Of a DNA stretch of 64,000 nucleotides, positions 22,468-31,469 are shown piece by piece. The translations under genes and the position numbers were made by a program. Every line of letters begins with the position of its first letter. Within the stretch, counting starts at the first letter, position 1. Origin of the DNA: an uncultured Acidobacteriota bacterium (GTDB lineage Bacteria > Actinomycetota > Acidimicrobiia > Spongiisociales > ZC4RG35); assembly GCA_963848695.1 (NCBI GenBank), contig CAWKEI010000010.1, positions 85,679-149,678 on the forward strand, read 5' to 3'. The notes under the pieces are model-generated. The model was not told the origin of the DNA. It was given only the letters and a program-made list of their open reading frames with translations, and did no database searches.

Positions 22468-22845
22468 TCAGACGCTACTGAGCGGGTGGCCGGTGTCGGG
22501 CCTGACCTCCGTGCCGCACAGCTGGCAGTTGCGCAGTCCCGGCGCCACCTTGGATTGGCACGATGGGCACTCGACGATCTGCTCTCGCATCCGGTCGTCG
22601 TCGGTCCCGTCCTGGAGATCGAGCTCTTCGATCTTCGCCATCAGCCGCTCCGGGGTGATCCCCTGCTCCTCGAGGAGGGAGAGCGTCGCCCGGAGGATCA
22701 TCACCAGCCGATCGACCCGCTCGTTGAGGTCCTCGATCCGATTGGTGTGGAGGGTTCCATCGGCAACGGCCGCGCTGCGTGCAAGTGCGGCGGCGCGACT
22801 AGCCGTACCTTGACCCATGCTGTATCCGAGATAGAACTCGAGCAT
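22468..22845 (-). CDS. zinc-ribbon domain hypothetical protein
   Basis: C-terminal CPSCQSKV...CQLCG (CxxC-x14-CxxC). First gene 5' of the ATP-grasp operon with a 50-nt gap. Confidence 0.4.
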   Translation of the reverse strand: MLEFYLGYSMGQGTASRAAALARSAAVADGTLHTNRIEDLNERVDRLVMILRATLSLLEEQGITPERLMAKIEELDLQDGTDDDRMREQIVECPSCQSKVAPGLRNCQLCGTEVRPDTGHPLSSV

Positions 22846-22940
22846 GGTGGGGTTATCGGCTAATTAGCCGGATCCGTTAAGCAACCGGACCGAAAGCGAA
22901 ACTCGCCGTCACCCGGTGACGTTGACCTGGCAGCCGACTC

Positions 22941-23381
22941 TCAGGGCTGACGGACGTAGTACTCGGTGAACTCCGAGCAGCGCCCGTCGTCAGCGAACAT
23001 CATCAGGAAGCAGTTGTTATAGGTGCGCTCGGGCTTGTCGGCCGTCGCCAGATATCGACTGGTACCAACACCCACGCCGCGATCGCCTTCCACCGCCCAT
23101 GCCTCATAGGCCGCCTCCCAGGTGCCCGGGTCGTCGGGTTCCTCCAGCCAGGCGGCGACTATCCCGTCTCGGCCGACGACCATCTCATCACCCTCGTCAT
23201 AGGGATGGAACCGATATCTGGCGTCTTCGGTGAACAGCTCCGCGATGGCTGTCGTCGTGTTCGCCCGCCACGCCAGGATGTAGCGGTCGAGCCAGCTCTG
23301 GAGATCGGTCTTGGTCATCGGTCGATCGTACGCGTCTCTGCTGAAGCGGCCGGATCGAACCCATTCCAACCCAACCGTCAA
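22941..23381 (-). CDS. SnoaL/NTF2-like domain protein
   Basis: About 125-146 aa. Pattern WLDRYILAW...ELFTEDARY is typical of SnoaL-like polyketide cyclase or NTF2 folds. Confidence 0.45.
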   Translation of the reverse strand: MTVGLEWVRSGRFSRDAYDRPMTKTDLQSWLDRYILAWRANTTTAIAELFTEDARYRFHPYDEGDEMVVGRDGIVAAWLEEPDDPGTWEAAYEAWAVEGDRGVGVGTSRYLATADKPERTYNNCFLMMFADDGRCSEFTEYYVRQP

Positions 23382-23419
23382 TGCCGTACTCTCGTTTCGA
23401 GTAACGATGAGGACGACAG

Positions 23420-23620
23420 ATGGCTGAGGACTACCCCCCGATCCTCGACGCGGCGCAGGTAGCGGAGCTATTGGGCATGAACGTGCAAATGGTGAGGCGC
23501 TATGCGAGAGAGGGGCGGTTGCCCGCCTACAAACTCCCCGGCGGCCGGACCTTCAAGTTCTTCCGGGACGAGATCTATGAGTTCGTCCGGTCCCATCCGG
23601 TGTACCGCGGAGACCGATGA
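23420..23620 (+). CDS. helix-turn-helix excisionase-family DNA-binding protein (HTH_17)
   Basis: LDAAQVAELLGMNVQMVRRYAREGRLPAYKLPGGRTFKFFRDEIYEFV matches the Xis/MerR-like HTH_17 domain pattern. Confidence 0.6.
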   Translation: MAEDYPPILDAAQVAELLGMNVQMVRRYAREGRLPAYKLPGGRTFKFFRDEIYEFVRSHPVYRGDR

Positions 23621-24178
23621 TGTCAGAAGCGAGATGTAGAGCGGACCACCGCGACAATCAAACGGAGTGGGATGACAAGGCTGTTCCCGTCCTGGATCAC
23701 CTCGACATGATCCGTCGCCACCAGCGTCGATCGATCCCACGATCGCCTTCCCATCCGAGACGATCATCCGCACCGACTCCCCGGAAGCCGAGATCTCGGA
23801 GAGCCGGGCCCGAAAGGTGAGCGGGTCGCCGCTCTGGTCGTGGCCGCCCGAGTCAGTCCGCTCGAGGGTCCAGACCGCGGCCGCGAAGACGACTTCCACC
23901 ATGTCGTCGCCCCGGTCCACGGTGGCGAAGTCCGCCCCGGCGTACACCAGATGACCCGAGAAAGTGTGTGCGCCAATCTCGGCGCGAACCCTTTCACCCC
24001 TATGGACGATCTCGATGGCGCGACCGGCCAGGTCGAGCTTCCTGCGCCGCAACAACTCGGTGAGTCTCTCGTCCTCGGCAGCCTCCTCCAGCCACTCCCT
24101 TCCGGCTCCTTGGCGGAGGTCTGTTTCCATCTCGCGATCCGGCGTTCTCTCCACGATCTTCTTTCGCGCTCTCGACAT
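23468..24178 (-). CDS. hypothetical protein (questionable; 3' end overlaps the HTH gene)
   Basis: Long ORF with charged, protein-like composition from MSRARKKIVERTPDRE. No recognisable domain. May be a high-GC artefact. Confidence 0.25.
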   Translation of the reverse strand: MSRARKKIVERTPDREMETDLRQGAGREWLEEAAEDERLTELLRRRKLDLAGRAIEIVHRGERVRAEIGAHTFSGHLVYAGADFATVDRGDDMVEVVFAAAVWTLERTDSGGHDQSGDPLTFRARLSEISASGESVRMIVSDGKAIVGSIDAGGDGSCRGDPGREQPCHPTPFDCRGGPLYISLLTSSVSAVHRMGPDELIDLVPEELEGPAAGEFVGGQPPLSRIAPHHLHVHAQ

Positions 24179-24245
24179 CAACCGAAGCCAAGACGATAGG
24201 TTCAAATCGATAGGTCCACCGGAAGTGGCGAGTACTCCCTCCATC

Positions 24246-24906
24246 ATGGCGAGGGAAGCGGGCACCTCGGCACCGACCTCCAGGTCGGCTCGGTATCGAC
24301 CGTCGCTATCGCACATTGCCATCGCTCTGGCGGCCATTCTCGCCTTCTCACTCAACTACCTCGCGTTGCAGAATCGGGATGCCACCACCTTGGTGGCGAT
24401 CGCCGATGGCCCGATTTCCGAGGGCGCCCCGCTGTCGGCGAACCTGATTCGGCTCGTCCCGCTGCCCGCAGATTTCGAGGGTCTCCAACATCTCGTCAGT
24501 GAGGACGATCTTCCGAACCTGGAAGGCTGGATAGTCGGTCGATCCATCGCAGAAGGGGAGTTGATCGACAGGACGATCGTGATCGAGCCTGGATCGGGCA
24601 GCGGTCTCCCGCGCGATGAGCATCCCCGTGCCGTCGGAGCATGCGGCAGGCGCCACCCTGGTCGCCGGAGATCGGGTGGACGTGATCTCGATGGTCGGGG
24701 AGCAACCTCAATTCGTCGCCTCGGATCTGGAAGTGGTCAGCATCGCGGACACGACACAGGACGGGCTCTCCGGGATTTCTCCGTATCACGTGGTAGTGGC
24801 GGTGTCTCCTGAGGAAGCCCTCGCCCTAGCGAGGGCCATCTCCGAAGGATCGCTGGAGATCCTTCGTGCCACTGGTGCCCGGGCTCTAGACGAGGTGGGC
24901 GAGTGA
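24246..24906 (+). CDS. cpaB: Flp pilus assembly protein CpaB/RcpC, apparent 1-nt frameshift near 24605
   Basis: N-terminal TM plus SAF-like region (IAIALAAILAFSLNYL...VPLPADF) in one frame. C-terminal RAMSIPVPSEHAAGATLVAGDRVDVI in another. Junction in tctcccgcgcg. Confidence 0.6.
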
Positions 24907-26003
24907 AGCCCGGGCCGGAACTTGCCCTGGCCGCCTCGGCGCGAGCTTGGCCCGACCGTGTGCATCGCTTCTTGTTGGACCACGGCGGAGGCAGAGTTCG
25001 GTCACGGGTCATGGGGCCCGACCAGGCCGTGAGTGATCGGTACGACATCCTCTTCATCGATGATGTCTGCTCCTTCCTCACCCCACGCCTCGTCAGGAGA
25101 ATCCGGGATCTGGGTCGAGAGATCGTGGGCGTATACGACCCTGCCGATGCCCCTGACGCCAAGCGCCATCTCCTCGAATGCGGGATCACTGACGTGATCG
25201 AGGAGGGTGCGGCTCCCGAGGAGTTCATGGCCGTGGCCGAAATGATGCTTCTTCACCGAAGCGACCCATCGCCAATTGTCACGCCGGCACTTCGGTCCTT
25301 CCGCGTAGGTGTGCTTGGGCCCGTAGGCGGCGTGGGTTGCACCGAGATCGCCACAGGCATCGCGGCGGTCATGTCTCGTTCCCGACCGACAGTGTTGATC
25401 GACCTCGACCAGCAGGCGCCCTCGGTGGCGCAGCGTCTCGATCTCCCTCTCCACCCGAACCTTCTGACGGCGGTGGATGCGGCCCATCACTCGGTTGGTG
25501 CAGTCAATGAAGCCATCTTGAGTCATGAGGCTGTCGACGTGATCGGTGGGCTGGTCAACCCTGTCACCACTCAAGACCTGCCACCGATCGAGATCGAGGC
25601 CGTGCTCGATGAGGTCGGCGCCGCCGGGTATGAGGTCGTCATCGCGGATCTGGGGACCGCTCGATTGGATCGCTTGGACTTCGTCCGCTTCCACGTCCTG
25701 ATCGTCGTCGGTCAGGCCAACCCGGTGGGGATGGCAAGGCTGGTGCGGACCGTCAACGATCTCTCCTCGAACTCCGACATGACCGACACTGTTGCCGTGG
25801 TCAACCGGGTCGCACCCGGGAGCCGGCGCCGCCTGGAGATCAGGGCCGAGATGGCCCGGCTGCTCCCAGGTATGCCCGTCGTCCTGTTACCGGAGGACGG
25901 ACGTTTGGAGAGAGCCTCGTGGGATGGCACTCGCCCATCACGAGGAGGTTTCGCCAGGGCGATCACGCGTGTCGCCTTGTTGATCGATGAGGCGGTCCGG
26001 TGA
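24903..26003 (+). CDS. tadZ: CpaE/TadZ-like pilus localisation protein with atypical ParA/MinD ATPase domain
   Basis: N-terminal receiver-like domain followed by a MinD-like domain. The P-loop is degenerate, GPVGGVGCTEIA, where canonical KGGVGKT has Lys replaced by Cys. Confidence 0.7.
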   Translation: MKPGPELALAASARAWPDRVHRFLLDHGGGRVRSRVMGPDQAVSDRYDILFIDDVCSFLTPRLVRRIRDLGREIVGVYDPADAPDAKRHLLECGITDVIEEGAAPEEFMAVAEMMLLHRSDPSPIVTPALRSFRVGVLGPVGGVGCTEIATGIAAVMSRSRPTVLIDLDQQAPSVAQRLDLPLHPNLLTAVDAAHHSVGAVNEAILSHEAVDVIGGLVNPVTTQDLPPIEIEAVLDEVGAAGYEVVIADLGTARLDRLDFVRFHVLIVVGQANPVGMARLVRTVNDLSSNSDMTDTVAVVNRVAPGSRRRLEIRAEMARLLPGMPVVLLPEDGRLERASWDGTRPSRGGFARAITRVALLIDEAVR

Positions 26004-27271
26004 CGGTCGATGCCTATCGGGAGATCAGGAAGCGGGCCCTCGAGCGGATCGATGGCTCGGGGCTCGATCCCCAACGCGACACGGCCCGGCTGGTGGAACT
26101 GCTGCGGTCGACCGTGGATGACTACCAACGTCACGCCCACATGGGCGAGTCCAGGTCTTTGGCCGATCCCGACGCGACCGTGCGTCGTCTCCTCCAGTCG
26201 GTTTCGTACTACGGCCCATTGGGAGATCTCCTCGACCGGGATGACATCGAGGAGATATTCATAGAGGGTGACAGAGTCACCTACCTGGAGGCAGGAGGCT
26301 CGTTGCGCGGGCTAGACGTTCCCAGTTCCGAGGCCGAGAACCGCCAGGTCGTGGAGAGGTTGATGGCGGCAACCGATCGGCGGCTCGATGCATCACACCC
26401 TGTGTCACAAGCGCGGATCCTCGACGGGTCAGCTCGGCTCACGGCTGTGATCCCTCCGGTGGCGGACCATCTCTCGGCGACGATCCGTCGATACGCGCTC
26501 CGCCGCGAGACGCTCACCTCCCTGGTCGAATTGGGGTCGCTGACCAGGGGTTCCGCCGACTTCCTGACCCTTGCCATGCGCGCTTCGACGTCGGTGATCG
26601 TCAGCGGCCCACCTGGTGCGGGAAAGACCTCCTTTCTCTCGGCGCTCATCGCCGCCGTCCCATCCGATCACTGCGTCCGGGCGTGCGAGGAGATCCGTGA
26701 GCTCCACGTGCCGATCGTCCATGGGTCCTATTACGAGGCACGACCCCCCTCCCTCGACGGCGGCGGGGAGATAAGCCTGCGGCACCTGGTCAAGGCCACA
26801 CTCGCCATGAGGCCCGACCTCATCGTGGTTGGCGAGGTCCGTGGCAGCGAGGCCTTCGAGTTGACCAGGGCAGTCAATGCCGGCTGCGGTCTGGCGTGCA
26901 CCATTCACGCCAACTCGGCGCCCGACGCTCTGGATGCACTGGTGAACGCAGCTCTCATGGCAGGGGAGAACATCCCGGAGCGGGTCGTGCGAAAGGTTTT
27001 CTCTTCGTCGATCGACCTCGTGGTCCATCTGGAGCGTGACATCGATCCGAAGGAAGGAGGCATCCGCCGCCAGACCATGGAGATCCGGGCTCTGGTCCCC
27101 TCCCTTCACGACGACTTCTCATCCGAGCCGCTCTTTCAACGCGATCGGCTGGGGAGCCCGCTCGAGTGGACCGGCTCATTACCACCCGAGAGCTTGGGGC
27201 GGCGGCTGGAGCGAGCTCTGCCGCGAGGGGCAAATATCGCGGGGTTGTTGGAAGGTGGAGGGCAGTGGTAA
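26000..27271 (+). CDS. cpaF: Tad pilus assembly ATPase CpaF/TadA
   Basis: Walker A GPPGAGKTS, Walker B DLIVVGEVRG, His box. 423 aa, secretion-ATPase fold (type II/IV). Confidence 0.9.
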   Translation: MTVDAYREIRKRALERIDGSGLDPQRDTARLVELLRSTVDDYQRHAHMGESRSLADPDATVRRLLQSVSYYGPLGDLLDRDDIEEIFIEGDRVTYLEAGGSLRGLDVPSSEAENRQVVERLMAATDRRLDASHPVSQARILDGSARLTAVIPPVADHLSATIRRYALRRETLTSLVELGSLTRGSADFLTLAMRASTSVIVSGPPGAGKTSFLSALIAAVPSDHCVRACEEIRELHVPIVHGSYYEARPPSLDGGGEISLRHLVKATLAMRPDLIVVGEVRGSEAFELTRAVNAGCGLACTIHANSAPDALDALVNAALMAGENIPERVVRKVFSSSIDLVVHLERDIDPKEGGIRRQTMEIRALVPSLHDDFSSEPLFQRDRLGSPLEWTGSLPPESLGRRLERALPRGANIAGLLEGGGQW

Positions 27272-28131
27272 CGGCCCTTGCAGCCTTGTGCTCGGCCGTC
27301 GCCGTTGTGCTCGTGTTGAACAAGGTGATGGTTAGGGCAAAGGACCGCGGGAGGCCTCGGGTCCCAAAGGGGAATTGGCTCCGGGAATCCGGGCTCGACG
27401 TGACACCTGCTCAATTCTGGGTTGCTTCGATCGGCGCGGGCGTCGGCACCTACATCGTCGTATTCGCGTTGACCTCACTTCCGATTGTCTCGCTGATGCC
27501 ATCGGTAGTCGTCGCCACCCTGCCCAAGGCATATTTCTCCAGGAAGAGGGCTCAGCGGCTCGACGAAGTTCAACGCGCCTGGCCGGACGGGCTTCGGGAT
27601 CTCCTGGCGTCAGTTCGATCGGGAGCATCGCTGCCAACAGCGATGGAGAGCTTGGCGGATTTTGGCCCGGCGCCACTCCGACGGGCCTTTCAGGAATTCT
27701 CCGTCTATTCGCACAGTCTCGGAGTTGTTCCGGCCCTCGAGATGATCAAGTCAGACCTATCCGACCCCACTTCGGACCGGGTGATCGAGGTGCTGATCCT
27801 GGCCTATGAGCGTGGTGGAGCAGTGGTCCCCGAAATCCTCTCCGATTTGGCGGACGCGACCACTAAAGATCTCTGGACCCTCGAAGAGATTCGGACTGAT
27901 GCGCTGGAGCAGAAGATCAACTCGCGGATCGTGTTCATCCTGCCCTGGCTGGTCCTGGTGGCGTTGACGGCTCGGGCAGGGGCATTCCGCGAGTTCTACG
28001 CGTCTCGGGCCGGGGTGCTTGTCGCGGCAATTGGCGGCGTGATGAGTGTGGTCGGGGTGGTCATCGCCTCCAGGCTTGGTTCGCAACCGGCCGAGCCTCG
28101 CGTGTTCGTATCGGCTCGAGGTGGCGATTGA
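27265..28131 (+). CDS. tadB: Tad pilus inner-membrane platform protein TadB (T2SS F-domain)
   Basis: GTG overlaps the cpaF stop. Multiple TM helices plus GspF-like cytoplasmic domain. Confidence 0.75.
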   Translation: MVTALAALCSAVAVVLVLNKVMVRAKDRGRPRVPKGNWLRESGLDVTPAQFWVASIGAGVGTYIVVFALTSLPIVSLMPSVVVATLPKAYFSRKRAQRLDEVQRAWPDGLRDLLASVRSGASLPTAMESLADFGPAPLRRAFQEFSVYSHSLGVVPALEMIKSDLSDPTSDRVIEVLILAYERGGAVVPEILSDLADATTKDLWTLEEIRTDALEQKINSRIVFILPWLVLVALTARAGAFREFYASRAGVLVAAIGGVMSVVGVVIASRLGSQPAEPRVFVSARGGD

Positions 28132-29054
28132 CCATCACACCGTTGATGCTCGTCGCTGCGATCACTACTGCGTTTGCAGCTGCCTTGGTGGTTCATGCGC
28201 TGTTTCCGCCAGCTCGCAGTCTCGCCTCGAGGATCAACCCGTACGTCGGCCCGGCGAGGGTGGTTGCCAGGTCCCGATCTGTAACTGGCCCTCTCGGTGC
28301 CGTGTTCGGGCCGATTCTCCGCTCATTGGCCGCATCCGTGGGAAGGCTCTTGGAGAGATCTGGAGAGCAGGTGACGATCCTCCAGCTTCGACAAGCCGCT
28401 TGGTATCGGGATCTGCCTGAGGAGGAGACCGTGCCCGTCTTTCGGATGGCCCAACTGCGGTCGATCGCCATCGGTGTCGGGGTCGCGTTTCTCATCGGGC
28501 ATTTGCTGGGGCTGTCCCCGATCCAACGGATCGTGCTCGTCGCTCTTGGCATAGTGGTCGGGGCCACACGGCAGCGGGCGTCGTTGCACGCGGCGATCGA
28601 GCGGAGGCGGGAGAAGATGTGCATCGAGATCTACACGGTGAACCAACTTCTCGCCATGCGGGTCCGAGCCGGTGGTGGGGTTGTCCACGCGGTGCAGGAC
28701 GTCGTGCGTCGTGGTGAGGGAGAGGTCGTGAGCGAGCTCGCCGACGCCCTTCGGCTCCATAGGTCTGGGTGGCGGGCCGGTGACGCGTTTCGGAGGATGG
28801 CCGAGCTGACCCCTGAGCCGTTTTGTGGCCGTACCTATCGCCTGTTGGCGACCGCCGAGGAGCGCGGCGCCGACCTTGCCCCAGCACTCCTCGACCTCGC
28901 TGAGGACGTTCGGGAGACGCGACGTGAGACCCTGCGAAGGTCGGCGACCAAACGGAGAGCGGCGATGCTCGTGCCAACCATCGCCATCCTGGCCCCAGTC
29001 CTCCTCCTCTTTGTGGCGGCACCTCTTCCGTACCTGATAACCGGCTGGCGATGA
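28128..29054 (+). CDS. tadC: Tad pilus inner-membrane platform protein TadC (T2SS F-domain)
   Basis: Paralogous GspF-domain membrane protein directly after tadB. Confidence 0.75.
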   Translation: MTITPLMLVAAITTAFAAALVVHALFPPARSLASRINPYVGPARVVARSRSVTGPLGAVFGPILRSLAASVGRLLERSGEQVTILQLRQAAWYRDLPEEETVPVFRMAQLRSIAIGVGVAFLIGHLLGLSPIQRIVLVALGIVVGATRQRASLHAAIERRREKMCIEIYTVNQLLAMRVRAGGGVVHAVQDVVRRGEGEVVSELADALRLHRSGWRAGDAFRRMAELTPEPFCGRTYRLLATAEERGADLAPALLDLAEDVRETRRETLRRSATKRRAAMLVPTIAILAPVLLLFVAAPLPYLITGWR

Positions 29055-29066
29055 AAGGAGGTTGAC

Positions 29067-29246
29067 ATGCTGGCCCTCAAGCAGTGGTTCCACGACGTGT
29101 GGGGCGACGACCGGGGACTCAATACCGCCGAGCTCATGGGAAATGCCGCACTGGCGATTGCGGCTCTCGTAGTCATCTGGGGCGCACTCCAGGCGCTCGG
29201 TGTGGACATCGTCGGGTGGATCCGCTCTCAGCTCATCGGAGGCTGA
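29067..29246 (+). CDS. flp: Flp-family pilin (59 aa)
   Basis: Not in the ORF track. AGGAGG RBS 6 nt upstream. MLALKQWFHDVWGDDRG/LNTAELMGNAALAIAALVVIWGAL gives a leader, then G then xxxxE, then a hydrophobic helix (Flp prepilin architecture). Confidence 0.65.
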   Translation: MLALKQWFHDVWGDDRGLNTAELMGNAALAIAALVVIWGALQALGVDIVGWIRSQLIGG

Positions 29247-29608
29247 ACGACCGGGGCGTCACCTCGGTCCAGTTCCTCTTGGCCAGCGGGCTTGGACTGC
29301 TGCTCTTTCTCGCCCTGGCCAACCTCGTCGTAGTCGAATACGGGCGGGGCGCTCTCAGGTCCGCGCTCGATCAGGGCGCCCGGGTCGGATCGGTCAACTC
29401 GTCGGCGGAGGAATGCCAGCGGAGGATTGGTCAGGTCTTGGATCAATTGCTCGGAGGGAGGATGGGTGACACGGTGGTGACCGACTGTGTGATTGGGCCT
29501 GTCTCGGTCAGGGCCTCCGGACAAGGAGTCTTCTCCTCCTGGACTCCCCTGACGCCGGACTTCGTCGTCGAGATCACCGCTCAGGCCACACGGGAGCTCC
29601 CGCCGTGA
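29243..29608 (+). CDS. TadE-like pseudopilin
   Basis: NDRGVTSVQFLLASGLGLLLFLALANLVVVEY, the TadE-like N-terminal domain. Start codon uncertain (CTG or near-cognate just after the flp stop). Confidence 0.5.
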   Translation: MNDRGVTSVQFLLASGLGLLLFLALANLVVVEYGRGALRSALDQGARVGSVNSSAEECQRRIGQVLDQLLGGRMGDTVVTDCVIGPVSVRASGQGVFSSWTPLTPDFVVEITAQATRELPP

Positions 29609-30033
29609 TGGACCGCGGTCACGCCGCCGTCGAGCTCGGGTTGGCGGTCGGTCTTCTCCTCCTTCCCGTAGCCATTGCGGTGCTGGCGTTCGGGCCATGG
29701 TCAGAGCGACGGGTGTTCGCCGAGGCGGCCGCCGCGGAAGCGGCCCGAGCGGCGGTGATTCACCTGGATACATCTGCCGGTGCCTTGGTATTGGCGGAAA
29801 TGGCGGCCAATCACGGCCTCGGATCTGACCTGGTCCGTCTGGGTTGGTGCGGTGCCGGCGCGCAGGAAAAAGACGACAGGCCCGATTCTTGCTCCTTCGA
29901 GCGAGGGACCGAGGTGATCGCCGAGGTCGAAGTCTGGGTACCTCTCGTCGCAACGCCCTGGGGTGAGATCGGGGGTCTTTGGGTCGGAGCTACCCACTCC
30001 GAGCAAGTCGACCTGTACCGGAGCCTGCCGTGA
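29605..30033 (+). CDS. TadE-like pseudopilin
   Basis: DRGHAAVELGLAVGLLLLPVAIAVLAFG. Overlapping GTGATG start. Confidence 0.6.
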   Translation: MMDRGHAAVELGLAVGLLLLPVAIAVLAFGPWSERRVFAEAAAAEAARAAVIHLDTSAGALVLAEMAANHGLGSDLVRLGWCGAGAQEKDDRPDSCSFERGTEVIAEVEVWVPLVATPWGEIGGLWVGATHSEQVDLYRSLP

Positions 30034-30446
30034 GCTCGGACCGCGGCTCGGTCACATTGTGGACGCTGGGGCTCTCGATGCTGCTGCTTCTTTTTGGTGG
30101 GCTCGCGGTGGACTTCTGGCGGGCTCTCGCATTGCAGCGTGAGCTGGCGGCGATTGCCGATTCGGCCTCGGTGGCGGCCGCCTCGGGCATCGACGAGGAG
30201 CACTATCGGGACACCGGTGAGGTGGTCATCGATCCGGATCGCGCCGCCGACCTCGGCTCGGCGTATGCGGCATCACAGGATGTGGTCCTTTCGGCGTTGG
30301 TTGTGAGCACGTTTCCTGGAGGGGAATCGGTTTCGGTGCTTGTCGAAGGCCGTTTGGATTTGGGGCTGATCGGGGTGTTCGTCGATCAAAACGAGCCCGT
30401 CACGGTGCGAGCGGAGGCGACCGCCGAGCCCGTATTGGTCCCCTGA
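30030..30446 (+). CDS. TadG/TadE-like pseudopilin (small)
   Basis: DRGSVTLWTLGLSMLLLLFGGLAVDFWRA matches the N-terminal pattern of Tad pilus-assembly TadE/G-like proteins. Confidence 0.6.
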   Translation: MSSDRGSVTLWTLGLSMLLLLFGGLAVDFWRALALQRELAAIADSASVAAASGIDEEHYRDTGEVVIDPDRAADLGSAYAASQDVVLSALVVSTFPGGESVSVLVEGRLDLGLIGVFVDQNEPVTVRAEATAEPVLVP

Positions 30447-30618
30447 GGTCGACTTCGCACTGGACCTACTGTCGATTATCCTTAGCTCCTACCCTGCATC
30501 GCCTTCGGGTGTGCGCGTTCGGGGGTGGTGTAATAGGTAACACGGCAGGTTCTGGCCCTGTTATTGAGGGTTCGAGTCCTTCCCCCCGAGCCAGGCCGGC
30601 GATGAGCCGACCCAACCT

Positions 30619-30691
30619 GGTCCCGTCGTCTAGTGGTCTAGGACGCTGGCCTCTCAAGCCAGAAACGGCGGTTCGAACCCGCTCGGGACTG
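30619..30691 (+). tRNA. tRNA-Glu (anticodon CTC)
   Basis: Cloverleaf GGTCCCG/TCGTCTAGTGGTCTAGGACG/CTGGC-CTCTCAA-GCCAG/AAAC/GGCGGTTCGAACCCGCT/CGGGACT plus a G discriminator. No encoded CCA. Confidence 0.85.
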
Positions 30692-30728
30692 CAAAACCCC
30701 TGGTAGAGGGCTATTTTTCCAGATCCTG

Positions 30729-31469
30729 TCAACCAGTCTTCTTGAACTTCGGAACGTCTTGAGGCACGCCTGTCCTACGGATGGCCCAGGAACCGATCTC
30801 TGGGGCGTATCGGGCCAACATTTCGATGCTGAATGCAACGACGTCCTCAACACGCTGACCCTTCGGGTGTGAGGTGAGCCATAGCTCCAGGTTCTCGATT
30901 CGATTGTCGGTTCGATTCCCGTTGAGGTGGTGAACCACTTCCTCCGACCGTAAAGGGCGCCCCAGGTGCAGGGCCATGACGAGTCTGTGCTCGCCGACCG
31001 AAGGGGAGCCTCCCACCAGATATCGAAGCTCGGGCGGCACAGGGATGTTCAAGTAACCATGACTGAGGCTGCCTTCCCCAGTGGTCTCCCGAATCGGTCT
31101 TTCGGGCTGAGGGTCTCCGGTGGCGATTACCCGTTTGTAGTGGGCGGCGCAAAAGCCATTGGCCTTGTGCAGTCGTGGGCAGTCATGGACCGAGCAGAGT
31201 CGCCCCGGTTTCCTCAGCGGCTCCTCGCTCACCGCTCCGTTTCGAAGCAAGCGCTGATAGTGACCATGGCAATAGCCCCAGGCCTCTGCGTCCTCGTCAC
31301 AATCCACCGCTACACACATTGATCGCTCCCTCGTGATCGGACCCGGCGGACCCGGTTCGCCGCTTCGGAGGACCCGTCTGTAGTGCATCTCGCACATGCC
31401 TCGGGTCCGCGCATCGCGAGGACAGTCGATAACCGAGCAGCCAGCCATGACGTCAACGTATCGGTGCAA
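30729..31469 (-). CDS. HNH endonuclease with three CxxC-HxxHY-R zinc-finger-like repeats
   Basis: Three repeats (CxxxC...CxxHYxRVLRSG) and a C-terminal HNH_3 core HHLNGNRTDNRIENLELW. Confidence 0.7.
   Translation of the reverse strand: MHRYVDVMAGCSVIDCPRDARTRGMCEMHYRRVLRSGEPGPPGPITRERSMCVAVDCDEDAEAWGYCHGHYQRLLRNGAVSEEPLRKPGRLCSVHDCPRLHKANGFCAAHYKRVIATGDPQPERPIRETTGEGSLSHGYLNIPVPPELRYLVGGSPSVGEHRLVMALHLGRPLRSEEVVHHLNGNRTDNRIENLELWLTSHPKGQRVEDVVAFSIEMLARYAPEIGSWAIRRTGVPQDVPKFKKTG

Noticed and set aside
30691-30729. Possible terminator hairpin CCCT-GGTAG-AGGG plus T-tract after tRNA-Glu(CTC)
   Set aside because: The stem is only 4 bp. The region is also the 3' end of the convergent HNH gene. 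Too weak to call.
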